Notes: generated from the sequence alone by a model not told the origin. Shown: positions 26,923-40,122, counted from the stretch's first letter. The stretch: DNA of 64,000 bases from Haliotis rufescens (GCF_023055435.1 NW_025963791.1:29016001-29080000); one strand, 5' to 3'. Made by a program: numbers and translations.

Positions 26923-27295
26923 AGATACCATGCCGCAGTTTAACATTAATAGTGAGTGAGTATGCTTTTACACCGCTTTTAGCAATATTCCAGCAATATC
27001 ATGGGCTTCACACTTTGTACCCATGTCGGGAATCGAATCCGGGTCTTCGGCGTGACGAGCGAACGCTTTAACAACTAGGCTACCCGACCGCCCCTTTAAC
27101 ATGAATATCCCACTCAGACACAGTATACTGATTCCGAGCCGACCAGTCCTTGTTTTAGCCCCTTAATGCCGGCACCAGACAGGGTAACAAGAAGTACCAT
27201 TGTTTAATGTCTTTTGGTATGACTCGGCCGGGGATCGAAGCCCAGACCTTCCGTTCTCCCAGCGGACGCTCTACCACTAGACCACGGAGGCGGTC
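26923..27295 (-). mobile_element. SINE family D, 5' portion, interrupted by a family A SINE
   Basis: Matches 23800-23997. Confidence 0.8.
26952..27093 (-). mobile_element. SINE family A nested in a family D SINE
   Basis: TSD TTTAACAT(T/G)AATA taken from family D sequence. Confidence 0.85.
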
Positions 27296-27591
27296 TGATG
27301 GTTTTGAATAATGATAGTGATGATGAATATGATGATGATGATGAATATGATGATGATGATGATGATGATGAATGTGATGATGATGATGAATATGAATATG
27401 ATGAATATGAATATGATGATGGCGTTGGTGTTTGAGGCGAAGTGACGGAGGACTGATGAAGGTAGTGCGGAGGCGGTCTGATGGTTTTGGACAATGACGG
27501 CGATGATGATAATGATGATGATGATGATGAATATGATGATGAATATGATGATGATGAATATGATGATGATGATGATGATAATGATGATGGC

Positions 27592-27637
<46 letters not shown>

Positions 27638-27682
27638 GCGTTGGTGTTTGTGGCGAAGTGACGGAGAACTGATGAAGGTAGT
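27284..27682. repeat. Two tandem copies of a cassette, each containing a (GAT)n microsatellite
   Basis: CGGAGGCGGTCTGATGGTTTTG-(GAT)n-GGCGTTGGTGTTTG.GGCGAAGTGACGGAG.ACTGATGAAGGTAGT occurs twice. Confidence 0.9.
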
Positions 27683-28163
27683 TCTGACACAGGTTGGGAG
27701 TGGTTGTGTTGTGTTGTGTTGTGTGTGTTATATGACATTCCGTTATATGTGTCGTGTCTTACACTATTACCAACCATTATCTAAATACCCATTGTATTAC
27801 ACAGCAATGTGACACATTCCTTAATGCTACATTATCAATCAGATGCACAAACATGATAAAGTTTACCTTTCTTTCGTCTTCCGAATTTCAATGTAAAATG
27901 GGTAATCCTAGTACGAAAACCAGCAGGGCCATAAGGTGTGAGTGTCTTATTTCTTCAATTACACATGTCATTCTTTGAGTTATGTAAAATCTACATGACT
28001 GGCTCCATTATAAGCTAAACTAGGAGACAAAATGAATAAGAAGAAAAAACCCTTGTCACTGTGATGTTGACACCAGATCCCACGGTTACTTAACATCAAC
28101 AATGGTCAACCATCCGCACAGCCTCTGAACACAGCCAGCCACCAATCACACGCCATGAAGACA

Positions 28164-28568
28164 ATATACTTTAGTGATGAAGGCCGCTGAAGGTATAACT
28201 ATGTCACGTTTTGCTAACAGCAAACGAGTTTAAAGAAGATGCTTTGTGATATCATTCTTACGGTGACAGTATCTTTTGTTGCCAATGGAATATTATATCC
28301 TTCTAACATAATACCTCATATACATCTTCCTTACCCCGTGGGACATAACGATGACACATTAGAGGGCGTTGTTTAGGGGTATATGATTTGTTTCTCAATT
28401 CTCAAGGTACGTTACATCGCTATTGCAATCCTGAGAGTATCAAATTAGAGATGAACATTGTGTTTTCAGACTTACGAGTGTTGTTGAGAATTTGATGCCT
28501 GGAAATTCCATGTAATTATGACGGCGTTAGCTTGGGCTTTCAAAAGTTATTATTGTCATATATCTATA
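28164..28568. repeat. 405-bp direct repeat, left copy
   Basis: No mismatch seen against 29875-30279 (offset 1711). Confidence 0.93.
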
Positions 28569-29874
28569 GTAACCTACAAATTTGGCGATGCAATAATTGA
28601 CACTTCCGACTCCGTCAAATATGGCGGAATAATCATAAACAATAATTTATCCTGTAAAGAAAGAATCATGACATGTTGCTCAAAAGCAAGAAAAAGTGTT
28701 AATTCACTACGATCACTCGGCCTCAACGACTCAGACCTCCACCCAGTTGCATGTGTCAATATATGGAAAAGAATGATTTTATCTACAAGTTTTTATGGAT
28801 GTGAATTGTTACCAGCCTTTTACGGTAAAGAACTTGAAATGATTGAATGTACACAACGTTACTTTGCTCGTCATATACAAGGATTTGGTAAAAGACATCC
28901 AACCGATTCGTCTATTTCTAACTTGGGAATGTGGTCAATGAATGGCTACATTGATAAATGTAGACTACAATTATTAGGAAGGCTCTGCAATAACGATTGT
29001 AACTCAATAACAAAAGACCTATTTTGTGCTCACATTGCTACCAACGCTTTTGTCAATATTAGCCGTCCAGTAAGCATATGTAACATCCTTCTATATACTG
29101 CTAAAAAATACCATTTGGATAACTATATAAAGGGATACACTGATAGCGGTTCGTTCCCAACAAAATCGGCTTGGCGAGCTCTTGTAATCAGACGTCTATC
29201 AGAGAATGAACAGTACATCTGGAGAGAGAGACTAGCACAGAGACCGGATCTTTCACGATGCCATAAAATTCATAAACGGTTACAAATGCATGTTCTTTAT
29301 AATGTAATGTATCTCTATCCACATCTAAGACAACCCCTGCAACTTTGTATTAAAATCGGATCAAGAGCAAAAGTGTCGAAAGAATGTAACCATTGCAATA
29401 GACATTGCTATGACTATGATTGCCATATTATTTTGCACTGTGAAATGTTTATGCCTGACAGAAATAATTTCTTCTCATGCCTAATTGATAAACTTGATGT
29501 AGATGTATACGTGAAAATAGATATGCTTGACGATGATGATATGCTTTCATTCTTTCTCGGTGCAGATGTCCATGACTTGACAAACGAACTTGATTACGAT
29601 ACTTGGCAAAGCATCATACTGTCTTTCTGCCACTTCATATGGAATTTAAAGAATTACCTTATGTATATCTACTAGATACCTTTCTGCTATCAAAATGTAC
29701 ATTGTAAATTGTTTATTCATAGCAGTGTATAACATCATTTCTTTGTATATAGTCAAGTAATTTCATTGATGTATTGTAAATAATGTACTTGCCCATGTAA
29801 AATCTTCGGATTCAACTCTGGAGGAAATAAAGAAATTCATTCATTCATTCATTCATTCATTCATTCATTCATTC
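28569..29874 (+). mobile_element. 5'-truncated non-LTR retrotransposon (LINE; RTE-X-like, clade tentative): post-RT C-terminal ORF, 3' UTR, AATAAA and (TTCA)n tail
   Basis: Uninterrupted ORF to 29675 with KYGGI, YGCEL, QRYFARHIQG and a CxxC...H....C knuckle; AATAAA at ~29826; (ATTC)n 29835-29875. Confidence 0.88.
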
Positions 29875-30279
29875 ATATACTTTAGTGATGAAGGCCGCTG
29901 AAGGTATAACTATGTCACGTTTTGCTAACAGCAAACGAGTTTAAAGAAGATGCTTTGTGATATCATTCTTACGGTGACAGTATCTTTTGTTGCCAATGGA
30001 ATATTATATCCTTCTAACATAATACCTCATATACATCTTCCTTACCCCGTGGGACATAACGATGACACATTAGAGGGCGTTGTTTAGGGGTATATGATTT
30101 GTTTCTCAATTCTCAAGGTACGTTACATCGCTATTGCAATCCTGAGAGTATCAAATTAGAGATGAACATTGTGTTTTCAGACTTACGAGTGTTGTTGAGA
30201 ATTTGATGCCTGGAAATTCCATGTAATTATGACGGCGTTAGCTTGGGCTTTCAAAAGTTATTATTGTCATATATCTATA
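29875..30279. repeat. 405-bp direct repeat, right copy
   Basis: Begins immediately at the end of the LINE (TTCA)n tail. Confidence 0.93.
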
Positions 30280-30830
30280 AACTAATAAACCGTAATGTTA
30301 ATTGACATTGTAACAATATAAAGACATTAAATTCCGTTGCACTCTCTCGTCACGTAAGCGAGAGCATTATTAGACAGACATGACGTCAATCTGGAATGCA
30401 ATAACGTCATCGATGACGTCATATACTTCCGTGACGACTGAACTCGCTTCGTAAGAGGAAGAACATACAACTAACTTGAGGCAGTTATGACAAATATAAT
30501 TCATGTATAGTTTAGGTGGAATCCATTGGCTGAGGCGAATGGCATGCTTATTGAAATTTGGAAGAAACATTGATACTAATAAAAACGTAATCATGCGCAG
30601 TCCAGACGAACTTCGGGATCTCATTCCATTTGACGAACCTTTTCATTCATCCCGAAATGTGTGTAGAGGACTGAAGTCACAGTTCACGAAGCGATAGAGT
30701 AATACATTACCTAGCTTAATGAAACAGATCATCTTTTGAACGATAGTGAGAGAATTCGATATCCTCTGGCGGAAGACGGTACCTGACAATCAAAGGGTTT
30801 CCCGATGGTTCGATATCAAAATATCGTCAC

Positions 30831-32725
30831 ACATTACATACAGACAATTCCCCTTACGGGTACGCATTTTACAGCTGGACAGATCGGGTAGGTGTAGAGT
30901 ACCCTTATACATGATATACAGCCAACTCCCCCTTACGGGGACGCATTTTACAGCTGGACAGATCGGGTAGGTGTCGAGTACCCTTATACATGACATACAG
31001 CCAACTCCCCCTTTCAGGTACGCATTTTACAGCTGGACAGATCGGGTAGGTGTAGAGTACCCTTATACATGACATACAGACAACTCTCCCTTACGGGTAC
31101 GCATTTTACAGCTGCACAGATCGGGTAGGTGTAGAGTACCCTTATACATGACATACAGACACCTCCCCCTTACAGGAACGCATTTTACAGCTGCACAAAT
31201 CGGGTAGATGTCGAGTACCCTTATACATGACATACAGACAACTCCGCCTTACGGGTACGCATCTTACAGCTGGACAGATCGGGTAGGTGTAGAGTACCCT
31301 TATACATGACATACAGACAACTCCCCCTTACGGGTACGCATTTTACAGCTGGACAGATCGGGTAGGTGTAGAGTACCCTTATACATGACATACAGACAAC
31401 TCCCCCTTACAGGAACGCATTTTACAGCTCGACAAATCGGGTAGATGTCGAGTACCCTTATACATGACATACAGACAACTCCGCCTTACGGGTACGCATC
31501 TTACAGCTGGACAGATCGGGTAGGTGTAGAGTACCCTTATACATGACTTACAGACAACTCCCCCTTACGGGTACGCATTTTACAGCTGGACAGATCGGGT
31601 AGGTGTCGAGTACCCTTATACATGACATACAGCCAACTCCCCCTTACGGGTACGCATTTTACAGCTGCACAGATCGGGTTGGTGTCGAGTACCCTTATAC
31701 ATGACATACAGCCAACTCCCCCTTACGGGTACGCATTTTACAGCTGGACAGATCGGGTAGGTGTAGAGTACCCTTATACATGACATACAGCCAACTCTAC
31801 CTTACGGGTACGCATTTTACAGCTGCACAGATCGGGTTGGTGTGAAGTACGCTACACATGACATACAGCCAACTCCCCCTTACAGGAACGCATCTTACAG
31901 CTGGACAGATCGGGTAGGTGTAGAGTACCCTTATACATGACATACAGCCAACTCCCCCTTACAGGAACGCATCTTACAGCTGGACAGATCGGGTGGGAAA
32001 AGAATACCTTTATACATATTACATACAGCCATCTCCTCTTTACGGGTAGGCATCTTACAGCTGGACAGATCGAGTAGGTGTAGAGTACCCTTATACATGA
32101 CATACAGCCAACTCTACCTTACGGGTACGCATTTTACAGCTGGACAGATCGGGTTGGTGTGAAGTACGCTACACATGACATACAGCCAACTCCCCCTTAC
32201 AGGAACGCATCTTACAGCTGGACAGATCGGGTAGGTGTAGAGTACCCTTATACATGACATACAGCCAACTCCCCCTTACAGGAACGCATCTTACAGCTGG
32301 ACAGATCGGGTGGGAAAAGAATACCTTTATACATATTACATACAGCCATCTCCTCTTTACGGGTAGGCATCTTACAGCTGGACAGACCGAGTAGGTGTAG
32401 AGTACCCTTATACATGATATACAGCCAACTCCCCCTTACGGGTACGCATTTTAAGCTGGACAGATTTGTAGGTGTAGGGTACGCTAAATATGACATACAA
32501 TCAACTCATGTTTACGGGTACGCATTTTCAAGCTGTGCAGATCGGGTAGGTGTCAAGTATGCTAAACATGACATACCGTCATCATTCTTTACGGGTAGGC
32601 ATTTTACAGCTGCACTGATCGGATAGATGTACATCACGCTACACATGACATACAATCAAGTTCTCCTTTCGGGAACGCATTTTCCATCTGTGCAGATCTA
32701 GTAGGTGTAAAGTAACATTATACAT
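30831..32725. repeat. Minisatellite, 79-bp unit, ~24 copies
   Basis: Unit CATGACATACAGCCAACTCCCCCTTACGGGTACGCATTTTACAGCTGGACAGATCGGGTAGGTGTAGAGTACCCTTATA. Confidence 0.96.
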
Positions 32726-34044
32726 GTATCATTTGAGAATATAACGAAGTTGGATATAACGAACAATAAATGACATTATTTATACGAATGATGGACGTCA
32801 TTAAGACGAATTGATTTCAATTTCGTTACGCCAGGAGCTGACAGATTAATACGTTTTAGGCTAGTTTATGACCGTTTATGATCGGAAGAAAATTATTGGA
32901 TGGTTATCATTTTTTTGCATGATTATTGTGAGTTCCCTTTAAGGTATTTCAGCGAGTCGGGGCTTTAACTTTAACTTTTAACTTTAGTATGAGTTCATTT
33001 TATGGCGCTTCTGCTTTCAACAAGATATAGGTCACACATGTCATTGAACTTAAATCAGTGCATCAATGCGCATGTTGTATTTTACTAGAAATACATATAA
33101 TAATTCAGCTGTGTGACATTACCGTTATACACACATAATATGATCCGAAAAACGACGTTGTAATGTCCTTCACGTCAACGGCTAAAGGCGCGGAGGAATT
33201 ATTTACGAGTGCTTCTAGAATACAACTTTGGGGGGAAACAGCGATGAAGGCATGGGTAAATGTAAGGAATGTGTTTGCCGCTTCATTTAACTTTTACAGC
33301 AAATGCTCAGTACGACTCACACTTACAGCACATTTATCATGCAAACCGACATCTTCAACAAGAGAAAAATAGGTAACGTAACAACGGCTATGACAACTCG
33401 GCATTTGATTGGCTGGTATGCGAAGTTTGACCTTTCTTGTACTACTTTTCATAACTTTACAAACGTATATACGTAATCAGGAATTGCTGTGGGATTATTG
33501 TGCAAAACAAAACTGTATACATGTGGCATTTACATTGGAACATACATGTATCAGCGGTTACATGTACGTTCAATATAAACTGGCAATTTCCAGGTCTAGA
33601 TAGATGTTAAAATACAGGTTTCATTTAGAATCGCCTGTTGGCTGAACAACTGTAAGCCAAATGGCCGAGCAAAGTGATTTCAATGGTGCATTTAAAAATT
33701 CTTGGACACAAAATCAGTATAGACGAACACTGGCTTACAGTGTTTTAGATCGAATAAATTAGCAAATATGAGGAAATTAAACTCCGAAGATTTTCCCCTT
33801 GAAAAAAGAACATATTTGTATACGTAAGCTATAATTAAGGTAACTCACAGATGCTAATGAGGTTGTCATGTCAACTGAATAATATGGTCTATCGTGTATG
33901 AAATACAGCCAAAATTTATATTTGAATCTCACACAGGCTACACGCTGCAAATGTGGGCGTGTCAAATGACTCAGCTGGCTGATATGCAGTGTTGAGATTC
34001 GTCATCAATTTGAATTTGCTTTTTATCCAAACATGTTTGTAAAC

Positions 34045-34330
34045 TCCTTGTCAATTGTAAAGAGTGTGTGGAGCATGACTATCATAACTTGTTACACTGC
34101 CCTCTTTATAATGAAATTAGAGCGTCATTATTAAGAAGATGTACTCAAGTCTGTGATATTTTCAATGATTTTTCTGATGTCCAACCCAGATGTACTGTTC
34201 TTAGCTGCCAAGACCTGCCAAAAAATATTCCAACAACGCAAATCTATTTAATACCATGGCGTTTAAATTGCGGTTGCCTGTTTTAGAATGTGTGTTGGAT
34301 TATGTAATGTTTCATGCGCCTTTTAGTAAA
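34045..34330 (+). pseudogene. LINE ORF2 C-terminal zinc-knuckle remnant
   Basis: CKECVEHDYHNLLHCPLYNEIR. Confidence 0.55.
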
Positions 34331-34655
34331 TAGTTATATGCAAGTCGCAATTGTATTTTGATAGTCTTTCATAAGTAAGGATAAGATTTATGGATGAACA
34401 ACGTCTTTATTACAATCAAGTGCGACGTTTCGGTGTAGGTTCTAACACCGTTGTCATTTATCTTAATATGTAAACAGAGGTGAGACTGTAATAAACAACC
34501 TGTCTGTCTGTATGTCATGACATTTGAAACTGACGCACTCAATGAACACAATCCTGACGTAAACCTGTCTTTCCAGGCATCACACGTATTGAAATTAGCT
34601 TAATGTATCTGCGATAACTGTGTGCATACTAATTTGATAGTACTGATGCAATGTA

Positions 34656-34831
34656 CAGTAAACTACGGTTATAACGAACACGCTTATAACGAACTGACGG
34701 ACATAACGAACTTACTTTTTTGGTCCCGACTATTTGCTGTTGTTATACTGTATATATGTTTATAACAAACTACGGTTATAAAGAACTAAAATTAGTAGTC
34801 CCTTTGAGTTCGTTATAACCGTACTTTACTG
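34656..34831. mobile_element. Tc1/mariner-pogo-type MITE
   Basis: TIR CAGTAAA(C/G)TACGGTTATAACGAAC, TA on both sides. Confidence 0.85.
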
Positions 34832-35932
34832 TATTATAATTATTGTATTCATAAAAAAGTTCTTATGTGTTTAATTTATTCTTTTCATGGAGTGTAGTAT
34901 ATCTTTATGGTAACATACAATGTATGAAGTGAATATAACAACGGGAATGAAATATAACATAAATACGACCCTACCCAACCGTAAGGCGTAACTTGCGAAA
35001 ACACATGCACTTCTTATTGTGTCATTATTATTTTATTGTTTTTACTAATGTCTGCAAAGCGGGGTATTTGTGGGCGATGCCGGTTCAATGGAGAGGTAGC
35101 AAGGTAGCAAATTGCAGTACATTCAATCTTGTCTTTTGTTTGCATAAGCTGTCTGCAAAATGGGGAGGCACCACTCTCATTAGGTGCCTTCGATTATTAA
35201 AACTTGAGTGACCTGAGTAAACCGAGGTTACCACATTTCTAGCAATCAGGGCTGACTAGATTCAGTCGGAGTTATAACTACTGTTAATCAGTCGTAACCT
35301 AGAGCAATATCCGAAATATAACGCATAAAATGCAACCTTAGCCATAATACAAAATGGCCGCCAGGAGAGGGAAACACACAAAAGCCATGATTGTGTATTA
35401 CTATAACATGCAACTATGAGAAGTGAAAAAGTGTTACATTTCATGACAACGTTGTCATTGTACCTTTTCTATTTAACGCACATTAGACCAGAAAGTTCAA
35501 ATTAACGCGAAGAACATGAAACAGAGATTCAAAATTTCATAATTGTCTTTAAAGTTGTTATGTCAAAAATCGAAAGTTAAATCACCCTGAAGCATATCAG
35601 ATTACATATTATATACTATCAATACAGAGTTAATCATATTCATTAAAATACCTTTGTTCATAATTGAATCAATAAATGCAACGAAATAGCTTTAACGATG
35701 TCACTTTGTGGCTGCTGAACGGAGCACTGCACCCAGTGGTTTTGTGAAGAACAAAGGTCATCCGAAGAACGACGTGAATCATTCAACATGTGTTAACACT
35801 GGTTAACCGATGTTTCGAAATCGAACGCAAGCATTGTTTATGTCACTTTGACAGGGGAGAAATTCGCAGGAAGCGGATTAGCCACCGGGTACTATGTTGT
35901 TACACCCAATGAAAAGTCGCCTTCGAGCGAAT

Positions 35933-36096
35933 GAGTGAGTGAGTGTGGTTTTACGCAGCGTTTAGCAATATTCAAGCAATATCACGGCGGGGGTCACTAG
36001 AAACGGGCTTCACACATTGTACCCATGTCGGGAATCGAACCCGGGTCTTCGGCGTGACGAGCGAACGCTTTAATCACTAGGCTACCCGACCGCCCC
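35933..36096 (-). mobile_element. SINE family A
   Basis: Family match; TSD TCGAGCGAATGA. Confidence 0.9.
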
Positions 36097-36118
36097 TCGA
36101 GCGAATGAACCCTTACCT

Positions 36119-36123
36119 CCCCC

Positions 36124-36154
<31 letters not shown>

Positions 36155-36163
36155 ACACACACC
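36119..36163. repeat. Poly-C run plus (CA)n
   Basis: Direct reading. Confidence 0.9.
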
Positions 36164-36801
36164 CGATACAACCACATGTAATCAACCAAGCGCGAAAAAC
36201 CAGTTTGGGAAGAGACGGGGCAATGTTGGGGAGGATAACGTTAAACAAGCAAACGATAAAATAGATTATTCGATTAGCGTTTGTTAAAATATAATGAGTT
36301 GGTTTATATTTTAGTTGCAAACATGTCACCAATGATTTAGTTACATGGTTTTAATTCGTTAACATGATTTCTATACTTTGAAAAGTTGGGCTGCGCTTTA
36401 CCGCACCCCCTCCTCTGTGGCCGCGTCTTTATTGCCAAAGACAGGGTCAAGGCCAGTTGAATAGGGTCGATATAGACTTGTACATATAGTCTGCCTGGTT
36501 GAGCAAAGGTTGTTGGGATCTGGGGTACTAGACGGGGATGTTTTAACGGTCATGCTACATTGGTTTGGCAGTTCACTCGTGACTTGATGGCGGTGCTCGG
36601 GCCCCCGGCGGCCATTGATTAGTGAAGCTGCGGACTGTATCGTGTATTTTATATATGAGTATATAGACGTCCTGGTTATGCTTACATGTAAATGTATTCA
36701 TAGATATTATCTTTTCTAATGAATCAGATGCATATGCACCCATGTGAAACCATACAGTCATATACATACAGTCGTATGAAACAGGTTGCTCTTCCCTCCA
36801 T

Positions 36802-36883
36802 GTTTTGCCCTGAACTATTATAGTATAAGCAAGATAACGCTTGCATCCGTGTGCTTTGACGTTTTAATAGTTCAGGGCAAAAC
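36802..36883. repeat. 19-bp perfect inverted repeat (hairpin or mini-MITE)
   Basis: GTTTTGCCCTGAACTATTA ... TAATAGTTCAGGGCAAAAC. Confidence 0.75.
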
Positions 36884-38188
36884 TATACTTTGACACACTA
36901 CACATGTGAGAAGAGCTAACTTTATTACTTTTCTAAGATGCCGAATTTAAGACTGACCTTGTGTTTTATTGGTGCTGGGTTTATCTGACGGGCTCTTCTA
37001 CCTTATTGCATGCACCCATACCTTTAAAGACATTTACATCAAGTAATACAACACCACTGAAAAATGTTTTTGTTTATTAAAAACACTAGTAGATACTATT
37101 TCGTTAACCGACCAGTGTGTGGTTATTCATAATCCCATGCAGCATTAAGTAGGATATAAACTAAAGTTTTTATATTAACTTGCTTCAATTGAATCATGTG
37201 ACTCGAAACATCCACAGGTGCATTGCGGGGCCGAGCTGACATGACCTGTGCAGAAGTGCAGTCACGCTTGTTATAGTGAGTTGAGGTGTTTTCTGTCGTA
37301 CAAGTTGCAACCAGAGACGTATATACGTCTTTGTTGCATCTTTTTGTCCGCCACAAATGTGAACAGACTGCAGCAACCGCAATCCATAAAACAGTGTGCT
37401 TATCGAGTTGGTTGCTACATGAGACATACCGTAACCGACGTCATCGACGATATGGCGTCGTCGTGGGACGAACATCACAGGGGAAGAGTAACATCGGTCG
37501 TTTTGTTCGGCTGCCGTACATTGGTAAAAAATGAGTGACTGAGTGAGGTGGGTTTAACGCCGCTTTTAACAGTATTCCAGTAATATCACGGCGTGTCAGC
37601 TAAGTGATGCAAGTCTCAGACGTTTACCTCTTCGGTGAAACCCACGAGCACGGGTATGGTGGTAACAAAGTAATATGCAATGTATTGCAAATATCATTCA
37701 ACGTTTGTTGTGGGTACATGTTGCAAAGTTGATGAAGGTTAAAACAATCCATTCCCTTCATTATTGGTACGTATTGCATTCATTATTGCAGTGAATTCCT
37801 CTCAATATCAATTTGAATGAACAAATATGAAATCATGTGTTTGTGTACAACACATATATCATGATGAGTTAGTGTGATCAGATATATTACGTTGATATAT
37901 ATATTAACTGTTTAAAGTTTCCAATATACAGCTGAAATATTTGTAGGTAATACATGTTAATACAATCCGTCTAGTGTGTATAATCTCTATACATTAAACT
38001 CTAGACATCGAAGGTTATAGGAGAAGGTTATGTCCACAGTATGTGATTGTTTTTTGAAAATACCGGGCAAAAGAAAGTATACACTTGAAAATTGGATTTG
38101 ACCACAAATTACAAACGTTGCCAAGCGTTACTAGGCTGACAACAGTCGCCGACCCTCGCAAACTGCAGGTCCAATGATGGACAATATA

Positions 38189-38392
38189 AGGTCTTTGAAA
38201 GGTGATTCCCGTAAGGAAGAGAATGTATGGATGTCAACTTCTTTATAATGAGGAACACAACGTTTCGGAGTATATGCTTACTCCTTCATCAGGTGAAAGA
38301 GTAAGCATTCACGTGATGAAGGAGTAAACATATACTCCGAAACGTTGTGTTCCTCATAATAAAGAAGTTGACATCCATATATTCTCTTCCTT
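38189..38392. mobile_element. Second copy of the palindromic PLE/hammerhead insert, carried along by the segmental duplication
   Basis: Same arms; TSD ATGGACAATATA; minus motif 38256-38295 intact; plus motif has C->G in the core at 38313. Confidence 0.8.
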
Positions 38393-38790
38393 ATGGACAA
38401 TATATAAAATAACACGCAAGTAACTCGAAATAACGGATTATCTGTACATGGCGCGGCACTTTTAATATCAATTCACTCGGGCCAGATCATCCGTGATTTC
38501 TTGTAGCTCGTTGGTTGCATATGTAATAACATCCGTGTATGAATGACATAGTGTCTTGCTAACTACGTAGTGAGTAGGATATGCTCACCGAATCTCAAAG
38601 TGCCATTCATTGTGTACTAATAATCATTGAAAAACCATAAAGTGTATGTTAAATATACGTACATGATTGTATCGCCTAGCAAAGACATAACTACCCAAGC
38701 GCATATAGTTGTTTTACGTAATGCAGAACTTGAGATAATTACAATCAGGATGTGTTGTGGTTATATGAACAATCAATTGCAAGCGAGTGT

Positions 38791-38875
38791 CTACAGTCTG
38801 GTCACAGTCGACAGGGGTCTCTTAGCTTCAAATTCCCCGTTATTTCCCAGCTTGTGTGATTGGGCCGGCTGTGGT
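38791..38875 (-). pseudogene. Duplicated copy of the last ~28 codons of SLC5A7 ([27 protein letters not shown])
   Basis: Aligns to 42744-42828 with a few substitutions; frame and stop retained. Confidence 0.8.
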
Positions 38876-39859
38876 AGCAAAGTAAAAATAAAATTGTTAT
38901 CTCTTATCAAGGTTTTTTCTCTCAGTCTGTCATAGTGGGAGAGTCCATTCATACTGAAAGTAATGGGAGCTCATTGGAGACAGCGACTGGTGCATAACAT
39001 TGTTTCGATAATACTGTAGGCAATGTGCGCTGTAGGCGATAGTAGACCTAACCATGTGGACAGACTGCAGCAACTCTAATCCATAAAACAGTGTGCTTAC
39101 CAAGTTGGTTGCGCTACATGAAATGATACCGTAACCGACGTAAATCGACGGCCTAGGGCGTGATATGGCGTCGCCGTGGGACGAACATCACAGGGGAAGA
39201 AAAACATCGGTCGTTTTGTTCGGCTGCTGTATATTGCTAAATGCCATACGCTAATCAACATGACTTATGTACATGTGATCATGAGGCAAAAACGCCCGCC
39301 TCGGACAATTTTATGACTGCTGTGGCTAGGACACAGTGGTTTGACTATGTTTAAGATAAGCCTGCGGCACGAGAGATGGTTAACATAATCGTGACGTAAT
39401 TCCTCCCCACGTAATAATATTCAACTTTTCGACAAATTTAAAGGAACTACTTCACCGAAAATTGATATTGATGTGCCATCTTGCTTGACAGTAATGAAAT
39501 AACGATGTTCCCAAGAATACGTTATATCACCGGGGAGGAAGTTTGAACAGCGCCATGACACCAGTCCATGTAACATAACTTAAAAAGTGGACTATATGTC
39601 AGGATAAACTACAGTTGGTGCCTTTGATCTTTTAGCGAAGCATTTTAGAATTCCTGATACAGGCATAAGAATATGATTGCAAGTAAATGCATCTTATCTC
39701 TTGCAGTTTTTGAAGATACTTCTATCTTGCATTTAGTCGGCCTATTGTTTAGATTATTGCATATTAGATAGAAGATTAACGAACGTTTCATTGACACATA
39801 TGTTTTAGTTTGATAACGATGTTGGATGTTTTTCTGAATATTTTGCTGTATGATGGAAC

Positions 39860-40050
39860 ACGGGTGGTCCACTTGTTTAAGGCACCGAATTTTAGAGATC
39901 GTGGGTTCGAATCCAACATTCGCCCTGATTATGTTTCTTTTGGTTTTTCTGCAACATTCCCATGCTCGTGGGCCTGCATCACTTCAAGCTTTCCTTCTTA
40001 AAAAAATACTGACACGCCGTGATATAACTAAAATACTGTTCACACACTCA
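39860..40050 (+). mobile_element. SINE family C, diverged with deletions
   Basis: Family match. Confidence 0.65.
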
Positions 40051-40122
40051 ATCATCCCTCTAATGCCACATATAAATAAATACAGTGAGGATTATATGAA
40101 TTAATGGTGGGAGTGGCAGTTG

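Larger units (their letters stand above)
37358..38875. repeat. Tandem segmental duplication, with internal deletions, of 39053-42828
   Basis: 37358-37530 ~ 39053-39241; 37533-37662 ~ SINE at 41012-41140; 37665-38875 ~ 41625-42828; collinear and highly similar. Confidence 0.9.

Noticed and set aside
27204-27777. Poly-Asp, poly-Ile and poly-Ser ORFs, e.g. an acidic shell-matrix protein
   Set aside because: Frames of a (GAT)n microsatellite adjoining a SINE; no signal peptide or convincing splice sites
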